Shown in pieces: positions 24,301 through 39,300 of a stretch of DNA of 47,862 nt. The DNA comes from Chiloscyllium plagiosum (lineage: Eukaryota): the NCBI RefSeq assembly GCF_004010195.1, contig NW_025214639.1, positions 1 through 47,862 on the forward strand. The letters are read 5' to 3'. The position numbers and the translations under genes are program-made. Numbering within the stretch: position 1 is the stretch's first letter; every line of letters starts with the position of its first letter. The notes under the pieces are model-generated. The model saw nothing but the letters and a program-made list of their open reading frames with translations, ran no database searches and was not told the origin of the DNA.

Positions 24301-27300
24301 TACGGTGTGGAGACGGTGTGTTTACCATGGGATAGACGGGTACGGTGTGGAGACGGTGTGTTTACCATGGGATAGACGGGTACGGTGTGGAGACGGTGTG
24401 TTTACCATGGGATAGACGGGTACGGTGTGGAGACGGTGTGTTTACCATGGGATAGACGGGTACGGTGTGGAGACGGTGTGTTTACCATGGGATAGACGGG
24501 TACGGTGTGGAGACGGTGTGTTTACCATGGGATAGACGGGTACGGTGTGGAGACGGTGTGTTTACCATGGGATAGACGGGTACGGTGTGGAGACGGTGTG
24601 TTTACCATGGGATAGACGGGTACGGTGTGGAGACGGTGTGTTTACCATGGGATAGACGGGTACGGTGTGGAGACGGTGTGTTTACCATGGGATAGACGGG
24701 TACGGTGTGGAGACGGTGTGTTTACCATGGGATAGACGGGTACGGTGTGGAGACGGTGTGTTTACCATGGGATAGACGGGTACGGTGTGGAGACGGTGTG
24801 TTTACCATGGGATAGACGGGTACGGTGTGGAGACGGTGTGTTTACCATGGGATAGACGGGTACGGTGTGGAGACGGTGTGTTTACCATGGGATAGACGGG
24901 TACGGTGTGGAGACGGTGTGTTTACCATGGGATAGACGGGTACGGTGTGGAGACGGTGTGTTTACCATGGGATAGACGGGTACGGTGTGGAGACGGTGTG
25001 TTTACCATGGGATAGACGGGTACGGTGTGGAGACGGTGTGTTTACCATGGGATAGACGGGTACGGTGTGGAGACGGTGTGTTTACCATGGGATAGACGGG
25101 TACGGTGTGGAGACGGTGTGTTTACCATGGGATAGACGGGTACGGTGTGGAGACGGTGTGTTTACCATGGGATAGACGGGTACGGTGTGGAGACGGTGTG
25201 TTTACCATGGGATAGACGGGTACGGTGTGGAGACGGTGTGTTTACCATGGGATAGACGGGTACGGTGTGGAGACGGTGTGTTTACCATGGGATAGACGGG
25301 TACGGTGTGGAGACGGTGTGTTTACCATGGGATAGACGGGTACGGTGTGGAGACGGTGTGTTTACCATGGGATAGACGGGTACGGTGTGGAGACGGTGTG
25401 TTTACCATGGGATAGACGGGTACGGTGTGGAGACGGTGTGTTTACCATGGGATAGACGGGTACGGTGTGGAGACGGTGTGTTTACCATGGGATAGACGGG
25501 TACGGTGTGGAGACGGTGTGTTTACCATGGGATAGACGGGTACGGTGTGGAGACGGTGTGTTTACCATGGGATAGACGGGTACGGTGTGGAGACGGTGTG
25601 TTTACCATGGGATAGACGGGTACGGTGTGGAGACGGTGTGTTTACCATGGGATAGACGGGTACGGTGTGGAGACGGTGTGTTTACCATGGGATAGACGGG
25701 TACGGTGTGGAGACGGTGTGTTTACCATGGGATAGACGGGTACGGTGTGGAGACGGTGTGTTTACCATGGGATAGACGGGTACGGTGTGGAGACGGTGTG
25801 TTTACCATGGGATAGACGGGTACGGTGTGGAGACGGTGTGTTTACCATGGGATAGACGGGTACGGTGTGGAGACGGTGTGTTTACCATGGGATAGACGGG
25901 TACGGTGTGGAGACGGTGTGTTTACCATGGGATAGACGGGTACGGTGTGGAGACGGTGTGTTTACCATGGGATAGACGGGTACGGTGTGGAGACGGTGTG
26001 TTTACCATGGGATAGACGGGTACGGTGTGGAGACGGTGTGTTTACCATGGGATAGACGGGTACGGTGTGGAGACGGTGTGTTTACCATGGGATAGACGGG
26101 TACGGTGTGGAGACGGTGTGTTTACCATGGGATAGACGGGTACGGTGTGGAGACGGTGTGTTTACCATGGGATAGACGGGTACGGTGTGGAGACGGTGTG
26201 TTTACCATGGGATAGACGGGTACGGTGTGGAGACGGTGTGTTTACCATGGGATAGACGGGTACGGTGTGGAGACGGTGTGTTTACCATGGGATAGACGGG
26301 TACGGTGTGGAGACGGTGTGTTTACCATGGGATAGACGGGTACGGTGTGGAGACGGTGTGTTTACCATGGGATAGACGGGTACGGTGTGGAGACGGTGTG
26401 TTTACCATGGGATAGACGGGTACGGTGTGGAGACGGTGTGTTTACCATGGGATAGACGGGTACGGTGTGGAGACGGTGTGTTTACCATGGGATAGACGGG
26501 TACGGTGTGGAGACGGTGTGTTTACCATGGGATAGACGGGTACGGTGTGGAGACGGTGTGTTTACCATGGGATAGACGGGTACGGTGTGGAGACGGTGTG
26601 TTTACCATGGGATAGACGGGTACGGTGTGGAGACGGTGTGTTTACCATGGGATAGACGGGTACGGTGTGGAGACGGTGTGTTTACCATGGGATAGACGGG
26701 TACGGTGTGGAGACGGTGTGTTTACCATGGGATAGACGGGTACGGTGTGGAGACGGTGTGTTTACCATGGGATAGACGGGTACGGTGTGGAGACGGTGTG
26801 TTTACCATGGGATAGACGGGTACGGTGTGGAGACGGTGTGTTTACCATGGGATAGACGGGTACGGTGTGGAGACGGTGTGTTTACCATGGGATAGACGGG
26901 TACGGTGTGGAGACGGTGTGTTTACCATGGGATAGACGGGTACGGTGTGGAGACGGTGTGTTTACCATGGGATAGACGGGTACGGTGTGGAGACGGTGTG
27001 TTTACCATGGGATAGACGGGTACGGTGTGGAGACGGTGTGTTTACCATGGGATAGACGGGTACGGTGTGGAGACGGTGTGTTTACCATGGGATAGACGGG
27101 TACGGTGTGGAGACGGTGTGTTTACCATGGGATAGACGGGTACGGTGTGGAGACGGTGTGTTTACCATGGGATAGACGGGTACGGTGTGGAGACGGTGTG
27201 TTTACCATGGGATAGACGGGTACGGTGTGGAGACGGTGTGTTTACCATGGGATAGACGGGTACGGTGTGGAGACGGTGTGTTTACCATGGGATAGACGGG

Positions 27301-30300
27301 TACGGTGTGGAGACGGTGTGTTTACCATGGGATAGACGGGTACGGTGTGGAGACGGTGTGTTTACCATGGGATAGACGGGTACGGTGTGGAGACGGTGTG
27401 TTTACCATGGGATAGACGGGTACGGTGTGGAGACGGTGTGTTTACCATGGGATAGACGGGTACGGTGTGGAGACGGTGTGTTTACCATGGGATAGACGGG
27501 TACGGTGTGGAGACGGTGTGTTTACCATGGGATAGACGGGTACGGTGTGGAGACGGTGTGTTTACCATGGGATAGACGGGTACGGTGTGGAGACGGTGTG
27601 TTTACCATGGGATAGACGGGTACGGTGTGGAGACGGTGTGTTTACCATGGGATAGACGGGTACGGTGTGGAGACGGTGTGTTTACCATGGGATAGACGGG
27701 TACGGTGTGGAGACGGTGTGTTTACCATGGGATAGACGGGTACGGTGTGGAGACGGTGTGTTTACCATGGGATAGACGGGTACGGTGTGGAGACGGTGTG
27801 TTTACCATGGGATAGACGGGTACGGTGTGGAGACGGTGTGTTTACCATGGGATAGACGGGTACGGTGTGGAGACGGTGTGTTTACCATGGGATAGACGGG
27901 TACGGTGTGGAGACGGTGTGTTTACCATGGGATAGACGGGTACGGTGTGGAGACGGTGTGTTTACCATGGGATAGACGGGTACGGTGTGGAGACGGTGTG
28001 TTTACCATGGGATAGACGGGTACGGTGTGGAGACGGTGTGTTTACCATGGGATAGACGGGTACGGTGTGGAGACGGTGTGTTTACCATGGGATAGACGGG
28101 TACGGTGTGGAGACGGTGTGTTTACCATGGGATAGACGGGTACGGTGTGGAGACGGTGTGTTTACCATGGGATAGACGGGTACGGTGTGGAGACGGTGTG
28201 TTTACCATGGGATAGACGGGTACGGTGTGGAGACGGTGTGTTTACCATGGGATAGACGGGTACGGTGTGGAGACGGTGTGTTTACCATGGGATAGACGGG
28301 TACGGTGTGGAGACGGTGTGTTTACCATGGGATAGACGGGTACGGTGTGGAGACGGTGTGTTTACCATGGGATAGACGGGTACGGTGTGGAGACGGTGTG
28401 TTTACCATGGGATAGACGGGTACGGTGTGGAGACGGTGTGTTTACCATGGGATAGACGGGTACGGTGTGGAGACGGTGTGTTTACCATGGGATAGACGGG
28501 TACGGTGTGGAGACGGTGTGTTTACCATGGGATAGACGGGTACGGTGTGGAGACGGTGTGTTTACCATGGGATAGACGGGTACGGTGTGGAGACGGTGTG
28601 TTTACCATGGGATAGACGGGTACGGTGTGGAGACGGTGTGTTTACCATGGGATAGACGGGTACGGTGTGGAGACGGTGTGTTTACCATGGGATAGACGGG
28701 TACGGTGTGGAGACGGTGTGTTTACCATGGGATAGACGGGTACGGTGTGGAGACGGTGTGTTTACCATGGGATAGACGGGTACGGTGTGGAGACGGTGTG
28801 TTTACCATGGGATAGACGGGTACGGTGTGGAGACGGTGTGTTTACCATGGGATAGACGGGTACGGTGTGGAGACGGTGTGTTTACCATGGGATAGACGGG
28901 TACGGTGTGGAGACGGTGTGTTTACCATGGGATAGACGGGTACGGTGTGGAGACGGTGTGTTTACCATGGGATAGACGGGTACGGTGTGGAGACGGTGTG
29001 TTTACCATGGGATAGACGGGTACGGTGTGGAGACGGTGTGTTTACCATGGGATAGACGGGTACGGTGTGGAGACGGTGTGTTTACCATGGGATAGACGGG
29101 TACGGTGTGGAGACGGTGTGTTTACCATGGGATAGACGGGTACGGTGTGGAGACGGTGTGTTTACCATGGGATAGACGGGTACGGTGTGGAGACGGTGTG
29201 TTTACCATGGGATAGACGGGTACGGTGTGGAGACGGTGTGTTTACCATGGGATAGACGGGTACGGTGTGGAGACGGTGTGTTTACCATGGGATAGACGGG
29301 TACGGTGTGGAGACGGTGTGTTTACCATGGGATAGACGGGTACGGTGTGGAGACGGTGTGTTTACCATGGGATAGACGGGTACGGTGTGGAGACGGTGTG
29401 TTTACCATGGGATAGACGGGTACGGTGTGGAGACGGTGTGTTTACCATGGGATAGACGGGTACGGTGTGGAGACGGTGTGTTTACCATGGGATAGACGGG
29501 TACGGTGTGGAGACGGTGTGTTTACCATGGGATAGACGGGTACGGTGTGGAGACGGTGTGTTTACCATGGGATAGACGGGTACGGTGTGGAGACGGTGTG
29601 TTTACCATGGGATAGACGGGTACGGTGTGGAGACGGTGTGTTTACCATGGGATAGACGGGTACGGTGTGGAGACGGTGTGTTTACCATGGGATAGACGGG
29701 TACGGTGTGGAGACGGTGTGTTTACCATGGGATAGACGGGTACGGTGTGGAGACGGTGTGTTTACCATGGGATAGACGGGTACGGTGTGGAGACGGTGTG
29801 TTTACCATGGGATAGACGGGTACGGTGTGGAGACGGTGTGTTTACCATGGGATAGACGGGTACGGTGTGGAGACGGTGTGTTTACCATGGGATAGACGGG
29901 TACGGTGTGGAGACGGTGTGTTTACCATGGGATAGACGGGTACGGTGTGGAGACGGTGTGTTTACCATGGGATAGACGGGTACGGTGTGGAGACGGTGTG
30001 TTTACCATGGGATAGACGGGTACGGTGTGGAGACGGTGTGTTTACCATGGGATAGACGGGTACGGTGTGGAGACGGTGTGTTTACCATGGGATAGACGGG
30101 TACGGTGTGGAGACGGTGTGTTTACCATGGGATAGACGGGTACGGTGTGGAGACGGTGTGTTTACCATGGGATAGACGGGTACGGTGTGGAGACGGTGTG
30201 TTTACCATGGGATAGACGGGTACGGTGTGGAGACGGTGTGTTTACCATGGGATAGACGGGTACGGTGTGGAGACGGTGTGTTTACCATGGGATAGACGGG

Positions 30301-33300
30301 TACGGTGTGGAGACGGTGTGTTTACCATGGGATAGACGGGTACGGTGTGGAGACGGTGTGTTTACCATGGGATAGACGGGTACGGTGTGGAGACGGTGTG
30401 TTTACCATGGGATAGACGGGTACGGTGTGGAGACGGTGTGTTTACCATGGGATAGACGGGTACGGTGTGGAGACGGTGTGTTTACCATGGGATAGACGGG
30501 TACGGTGTGGAGACGGTGTGTTTACCATGGGATAGACGGGTACGGTGTGGAGACGGTGTGTTTACCATGGGATAGACGGGTACGGTGTGGAGACGGTGTG
30601 TTTACCATGGGATAGACGGGTACGGTGTGGAGACGGTGTGTTTACCATGGGATAGACGGGTACGGTGTGGAGACGGTGTGTTTACCATGGGATAGACGGG
30701 TACGGTGTGGAGACGGTGTGTTTACCATGGGATAGACGGGTACGGTGTGGAGACGGTGTGTTTACCATGGGATAGACGGGTACGGTGTGGAGACGGTGTG
30801 TTTACCATGGGATAGACGGGTACGGTGTGGAGACGGTGTGTTTACCATGGGATAGACGGGTACGGTGTGGAGACGGTGTGTTTACCATGGGATAGACGGG
30901 TACGGTGTGGAGACGGTGTGTTTACCATGGGATAGACGGGTACGGTGTGGAGACGGTGTGTTTACCATGGGATAGACGGGTACGGTGTGGAGACGGTGTG
31001 TTTACCATGGGATAGACGGGTACGGTGTGGAGACGGTGTGTTTACCATGGGATAGACGGGTACGGTGTGGAGACGGTGTGTTTACCATGGGATAGACGGG
31101 TACGGTGTGGAGACGGTGTGTTTACCATGGGATAGACGGGTACGGTGTGGAGACGGTGTGTTTACCATGGGATAGACGGGTACGGTGTGGAGACGGTGTG
31201 TTTACCATGGGATAGACGGGTACGGTGTGGAGACGGTGTGTTTACCATGGGATAGACGGGTACGGTGTGGAGACGGTGTGTTTACCATGGGATAGACGGG
31301 TACGGTGTGGAGACGGTGTGTTTACCATGGGATAGACGGGTACGGTGTGGAGACGGTGTGTTTACCATGGGATAGACGGGTACGGTGTGGAGACGGTGTG
31401 TTTACCATGGGATAGACGGGTACGGTGTGGAGACGGTGTGTTTACCATGGGATAGACGGGTACGGTGTGGAGACGGTGTGTTTACCATGGGATAGACGGG
31501 TACGGTGTGGAGACGGTGTGTTTACCATGGGATAGACGGGTACGGTGTGGAGACGGTGTGTTTACCATGGGATAGACGGGTACGGTGTGGAGACGGTGTG
31601 TTTACCATGGGATAGACGGGTACGGTGTGGAGACGGTGTGTTTACCATGGGATAGACGGGTACGGTGTGGAGACGGTGTGTTTACCATGGGATAGACGGG
31701 TACGGTGTGGAGACGGTGTGTTTACCATGGGATAGACGGGTACGGTGTGGAGACGGTGTGTTTACCATGGGATAGACGGGTACGGTGTGGAGACGGTGTG
31801 TTTACCATGGGATAGACGGGTACGGTGTGGAGACGGTGTGTTTACCATGGGATAGACGGGTACGGTGTGGAGACGGTGTGTTTACCATGGGATAGACGGG
31901 TACGGTGTGGAGACGGTGTGTTTACCATGGGATAGACGGGTACGGTGTGGAGACGGTGTGTTTACCATGGGATAGACGGGTACGGTGTGGAGACGGTGTG
32001 TTTACCATGGGATAGACGGGTACGGTGTGGAGACGGTGTGTTTACCATGGGATAGACGGGTACGGTGTGGAGACGGTGTGTTTACCATGGGATAGACGGG
32101 TACGGTGTGGAGACGGTGTGTTTACCATGGGATAGACGGGTACGGTGTGGAGACGGTGTGTTTACCATGGGATAGACGGGTACGGTGTGGAGACGGTGTG
32201 TTTACCATGGGATAGACGGGTACGGTGTGGAGACGGTGTGTTTACCATGGGATAGACGGGTACGGTGTGGAGACGGTGTGTTTACCATGGGATAGACGGG
32301 TACGGTGTGGAGACGGTGTGTTTACCATGGGATAGACGGGTACGGTGTGGAGACGGTGTGTTTACCATGGGATAGACGGGTACGGTGTGGAGACGGTGTG
32401 TTTACCATGGGATAGACGGGTACGGTGTGGAGACGGTGTGTTTACCATGGGATAGACGGGTACGGTGTGGAGACGGTGTGTTTACCATGGGATAGACGGG
32501 TACGGTGTGGAGACGGTGTGTTTACCATGGGATAGACGGGTACGGTGTGGAGACGGTGTGTTTACCATGGGATAGACGGGTACGGTGTGGAGACGGTGTG
32601 TTTACCATGGGATAGACGGGTACGGTGTGGAGACGGTGTGTTTACCATGGGATAGACGGGTACGGTGTGGAGACGGTGTGTTTACCATGGGATAGACGGG
32701 TACGGTGTGGAGACGGTGTGTTTACCATGGGATAGACGGGTACGGTGTGGAGACGGTGTGTTTACCATGGGATAGACGGGTACGGTGTGGAGACGGTGTG
32801 TTTACCATGGGATAGACGGGTACGGTGTGGAGACGGTGTGTTTACCATGGGATAGACGGGTACGGTGTGGAGACGGTGTGTTTACCATGGGATAGACGGG
32901 TACGGTGTGGAGACGGTGTGTTTACCATGGGATAGACGGGTACGGTGTGGAGACGGTGTGTTTACCATGGGATAGACGGGTACGGTGTGGAGACGGTGTG
33001 TTTACCATGGGATAGACGGGTACGGTGTGGAGACGGTGTGTTTACCATGGGATAGACGGGTACGGTGTGGAGACGGTGTGTTTACCATGGGATAGACGGG
33101 TACGGTGTGGAGACGGTGTGTTTACCATGGGATAGACGGGTACGGTGTGGAGACGGTGTGTTTACCATGGGATAGACGGGTACGGTGTGGAGACGGTGTG
33201 TTTACCATGGGATAGACGGGTACGGTGTGGAGACGGTGTGTTTACCATGGGATAGACGGGTACGGTGTGGAGACGGTGTGTTTACCATGGGATAGACGGG

Positions 33301-36300
33301 TACGGTGTGGAGACGGTGTGTTTACCATGGGATAGACGGGTACGGTGTGGAGACGGTGTGTTTACCATGGGATAGACGGGTACGGTGTGGAGACGGTGTG
33401 TTTACCATGGGATAGACGGGTACGGTGTGGAGACGGTGTGTTTACCATGGGATAGACGGGTACGGTGTGGAGACGGTGTGTTTACCATGGGATAGACGGG
33501 TACGGTGTGGAGACGGTGTGTTTACCATGGGATAGACGGGTACGGTGTGGAGACGGTGTGTTTACCATGGGATAGACGGGTACGGTGTGGAGACGGTGTG
33601 TTTACCATGGGATAGACGGGTACGGTGTGGAGACGGTGTGTTTACCATGGGATAGACGGGTACGGTGTGGAGACGGTGTGTTTACCATGGGATAGACGGG
33701 TACGGTGTGGAGACGGTGTGTTTACCATGGGATAGACGGGTACGGTGTGGAGACGGTGTGTTTACCATGGGATAGACGGGTACGGTGTGGAGACGGTGTG
33801 TTTACCATGGGATAGACGGGTACGGTGTGGAGACGGTGTGTTTACCATGGGATAGACGGGTACGGTGTGGAGACGGTGTGTTTACCATGGGATAGACGGG
33901 TACGGTGTGGAGACGGTGTGTTTACCATGGGATAGACGGGTACGGTGTGGAGACGGTGTGTTTACCATGGGATAGACGGGTACGGTGTGGAGACGGTGTG
34001 TTTACCATGGGATAGACGGGTACGGTGTGGAGACGGTGTGTTTACCATGGGATAGACGGGTACGGTGTGGAGACGGTGTGTTTACCATGGGATAGACGGG
34101 TACGGTGTGGAGACGGTGTGTTTACCATGGGATAGACGGGTACGGTGTGGAGACGGTGTGTTTACCATGGGATAGACGGGTACGGTGTGGAGACGGTGTG
34201 TTTACCATGGGATAGACGGGTACGGTGTGGAGACGGTGTGTTTACCATGGGATAGACGGGTACGGTGTGGAGACGGTGTGTTTACCATGGGATAGACGGG
34301 TACGGTGTGGAGACGGTGTGTTTACCATGGGATAGACGGGTACGGTGTGGAGACGGTGTGTTTACCATGGGATAGACGGGTACGGTGTGGAGACGGTGTG
34401 TTTACCATGGGATAGACGGGTACGGTGTGGAGACGGTGTGTTTACCATGGGATAGACGGGTACGGTGTGGAGACGGTGTGTTTACCATGGGATAGACGGG
34501 TACGGTGTGGAGACGGTGTGTTTACCATGGGATAGACGGGTACGGTGTGGAGACGGTGTGTTTACCATGGGATAGACGGGTACGGTGTGGAGACGGTGTG
34601 TTTACCATGGGATAGACGGGTACGGTGTGGAGACGGTGTGTTTACCATGGGATAGACGGGTACGGTGTGGAGACGGTGTGTTTACCATGGGATAGACGGG
34701 TACGGTGTGGAGACGGTGTGTTTACCATGGGATAGACGGGTACGGTGTGGAGACGGTGTGTTTACCATGGGATAGACGGGTACGGTGTGGAGACGGTGTG
34801 TTTACCATGGGATAGACGGGTACGGTGTGGAGACGGTGTGTTTACCATGGGATAGACGGGTACGGTGTGGAGACGGTGTGTTTACCATGGGATAGACGGG
34901 TACGGTGTGGAGACGGTGTGTTTACCATGGGATAGACGGGTACGGTGTGGAGACGGTGTGTTTACCATGGGATAGACGGGTACGGTGTGGAGACGGTGTG
35001 TTTACCATGGGATAGACGGGTACGGTGTGGAGACGGTGTGTTTACCATGGGATAGACGGGTACGGTGTGGAGACGGTGTGTTTACCATGGGATAGACGGG
35101 TACGGTGTGGAGACGGTGTGTTTACCATGGGATAGACGGGTACGGTGTGGAGACGGTGTGTTTACCATGGGATAGACGGGTACGGTGTGGAGACGGTGTG
35201 TTTACCATGGGATAGACGGGTACGGTGTGGAGACGGTGTGTTTACCATGGGATAGACGGGTACGGTGTGGAGACGGTGTGTTTACCATGGGATAGACGGG
35301 TACGGTGTGGAGACGGTGTGTTTACCATGGGATAGACGGGTACGGTGTGGAGACGGTGTGTTTACCATGGGATAGACGGGTACGGTGTGGAGACGGTGTG
35401 TTTACCATGGGATAGACGGGTACGGTGTGGAGACGGTGTGTTTACCATGGGATAGACGGGTACGGTGTGGAGACGGTGTGTTTACCATGGGATAGACGGG
35501 TACGGTGTGGAGACGGTGTGTTTACCATGGGATAGACGGGTACGGTGTGGAGACGGTGTGTTTACCATGGGATAGACGGGTACGGTGTGGAGACGGTGTG
35601 TTTACCATGGGATAGACGGGTACGGTGTGGAGACGGTGTGTTTACCATGGGATAGACGGGTACGGTGTGGAGACGGTGTGTTTACCATGGGATAGACGGG
35701 TACGGTGTGGAGACGGTGTGTTTACCATGGGATAGACGGGTACGGTGTGGAGACGGTGTGTTTACCATGGGATAGACGGGTACGGTGTGGAGACGGTGTG
35801 TTTACCATGGGATAGACGGGTACGGTGTGGAGACGGTGTGTTTACCATGGGATAGACGGGTACGGTGTGGAGACGGTGTGTTTACCATGGGATAGACGGG
35901 TACGGTGTGGAGACGGTGTGTTTACCATGGGATAGACGGGTACGGTGTGGAGACGGTGTGTTTACCATGGGATAGACGGGTACGGTGTGGAGACGGTGTG
36001 TTTACCATGGGATAGACGGGTACGGTGTGGAGACGGTGTGTTTACCATGGGATAGACGGGTACGGTGTGGAGACGGTGTGTTTACCATGGGATAGACGGG
36101 TACGGTGTGGAGACGGTGTGTTTACCATGGGATAGACGGGTACGGTGTGGAGACGGTGTGTTTACCATGGGATAGACGGGTACGGTGTGGAGACGGTGTG
36201 TTTACCATGGGATAGACGGGTACGGTGTGGAGACGGTGTGTTTACCATGGGATAGACGGGTACGGTGTGGAGACGGTGTGTTTACCATGGGATAGACGGG

Positions 36301-39300
36301 TACGGTGTGGAGACGGTGTGTTTACCATGGGATAGACGGGTACGGTGTGGAGACGGTGTGTTTACCATGGGATAGACGGGTACGGTGTGGAGACGGTGTG
36401 TTTACCATGGGATAGACGGGTACGGTGTGGAGACGGTGTGTTTACCATGGGATAGACGGGTACGGTGTGGAGACGGTGTGTTTACCATGGGATAGACGGG
36501 TACGGTGTGGAGACGGTGTGTTTACCATGGGATAGACGGGTACGGTGTGGAGACGGTGTGTTTACCATGGGATAGACGGGTACGGTGTGGAGACGGTGTG
36601 TTTACCATGGGATAGACGGGTACGGTGTGGAGACGGTGTGTTTACCATGGGATAGACGGGTACGGTGTGGAGACGGTGTGTTTACCATGGGATAGACGGG
36701 TACGGTGTGGAGACGGTGTGTTTACCATGGGATAGACGGGTACGGTGTGGAGACGGTGTGTTTACCATGGGATAGACGGGTACGGTGTGGAGACGGTGTG
36801 TTTACCATGGGATAGACGGGTACGGTGTGGAGACGGTGTGTTTACCATGGGATAGACGGGTACGGTGTGGAGACGGTGTGTTTACCATGGGATAGACGGG
36901 TACGGTGTGGAGACGGTGTGTTTACCATGGGATAGACGGGTACGGTGTGGAGACGGTGTGTTTACCATGGGATAGACGGGTACGGTGTGGAGACGGTGTG
37001 TTTACCATGGGATAGACGGGTACGGTGTGGAGACGGTGTGTTTACCATGGGATAGACGGGTACGGTGTGGAGACGGTGTGTTTACCATGGGATAGACGGG
37101 TACGGTGTGGAGACGGTGTGTTTACCATGGGATAGACGGGTACGGTGTGGAGACGGTGTGTTTACCATGGGATAGACGGGTACGGTGTGGAGACGGTGTG
37201 TTTACCATGGGATAGACGGGTACGGTGTGGAGACGGTGTGTTTACCATGGGATAGACGGGTACGGTGTGGAGACGGTGTGTTTACCATGGGATAGACGGG
37301 TACGGTGTGGAGACGGTGTGTTTACCATGGGATAGACGGGTACGGTGTGGAGACGGTGTGTTTACCATGGGATAGACGGGTACGGTGTGGAGACGGTGTG
37401 TTTACCATGGGATAGACGGGTACGGTGTGGAGACGGTGTGTTTACCATGGGATAGACGGGTACGGTGTGGAGACGGTGTGTTTACCATGGGATAGACGGG
37501 TACGGTGTGGAGACGGTGTGTTTACCATGGGATAGACGGGTACGGTGTGGAGACGGTGTGTTTACCATGGGATAGACGGGTACGGTGTGGAGACGGTGTG
37601 TTTACCATGGGATAGACGGGTACGGTGTGGAGACGGTGTGTTTACCATGGGATAGACGGGTACGGTGTGGAGACGGTGTGTTTACCATGGGATAGACGGG
37701 TACGGTGTGGAGACGGTGTGTTTACCATGGGATAGACGGGTACGGTGTGGAGACGGTGTGTTTACCATGGGATAGACGGGTACGGTGTGGAGACGGTGTG
37801 TTTACCATGGGATAGACGGGTACGGTGTGGAGACGGTGTGTTTACCATGGGATAGACGGGTACGGTGTGGAGACGGTGTGTTTACCATGGGATAGACGGG
37901 TACGGTGTGGAGACGGTGTGTTTACCATGGGATAGACGGGTACGGTGTGGAGACGGTGTGTTTACCATGGGATAGACGGGTACGGTGTGGAGACGGTGTG
38001 TTTACCATGGGATAGACGGGTACGGTGTGGAGACGGTGTGTTTACCATGGGATAGACGGGTACGGTGTGGAGACGGTGTGTTTACCATGGGATAGACGGG
38101 TACGGTGTGGAGACGGTGTGTTTACCATGGGATAGACGGGTACGGTGTGGAGACGGTGTGTTTACCATGGGATAGACGGGTACGGTGTGGAGACGGTGTG
38201 TTTACCATGGGATAGACGGGTACGGTGTGGAGACGGTGTGTTTACCATGGGATAGACGGGTACGGTGTGGAGACGGTGTGTTTACCATGGGATAGACGGG
38301 TACGGTGTGGAGACGGTGTGTTTACCATGGGATAGACGGGTACGGTGTGGAGACGGTGTGTTTACCATGGGATAGACGGGTACGGTGTGGAGACGGTGTG
38401 TTTACCATGGGATAGACGGGTACGGTGTGGAGACGGTGTGTTTACCATGGGATAGACGGGTACGGTGTGGAGACGGTGTGTTTACCATGGGATAGACGGG
38501 TACGGTGTGGAGACGGTGTGTTTACCATGGGATAGACGGGTACGGTGTGGAGACGGTGTGTTTACCATGGGATAGACGGGTACGGTGTGGAGACGGTGTG
38601 TTTACCATGGGATAGACGGGTACGGTGTGGAGACGGTGTGTTTACCATGGGATAGACGGGTACGGTGTGGAGACGGTGTGTTTACCATGGGATAGACGGG
38701 TACGGTGTGGAGACGGTGTGTTTACCATGGGATAGACGGGTACGGTGTGGAGACGGTGTGTTTACCATGGGATAGACGGGTACGGTGTGGAGACGGTGTG
38801 TTTACCATGGGATAGACGGGTACGGTGTGGAGACGGTGTGTTTACCATGGGATAGACGGGTACGGTGTGGAGACGGTGTGTTTACCATGGGATAGACGGG
38901 TACGGTGTGGAGACGGTGTGTTTACCATGGGATAGACGGGTACGGTGTGGAGACGGTGTGTTTACCATGGGATAGACGGGTACGGTGTGGAGACGGTGTG
39001 TTTACCATGGGATAGACGGGTACGGTGTGGAGACGGTGTGTTTACCATGGGATAGACGGGTACGGTGTGGAGACGGTGTGTTTACCATGGGATAGACGGG
39101 TACGGTGTGGAGACGGTGTGTTTACCATGGGATAGACGGGTACGGTGTGGAGACGGTGTGTTTACCATGGGATAGACGGGTACGGTGTGGAGACGGTGTG
39201 TTTACCATGGGATAGACGGGTACGGTGTGGAGACGGTGTGTTTACCATGGGATAGACGGGTACGGTGTGGAGACGGTGTGTTTACCATGGGATAGACGGG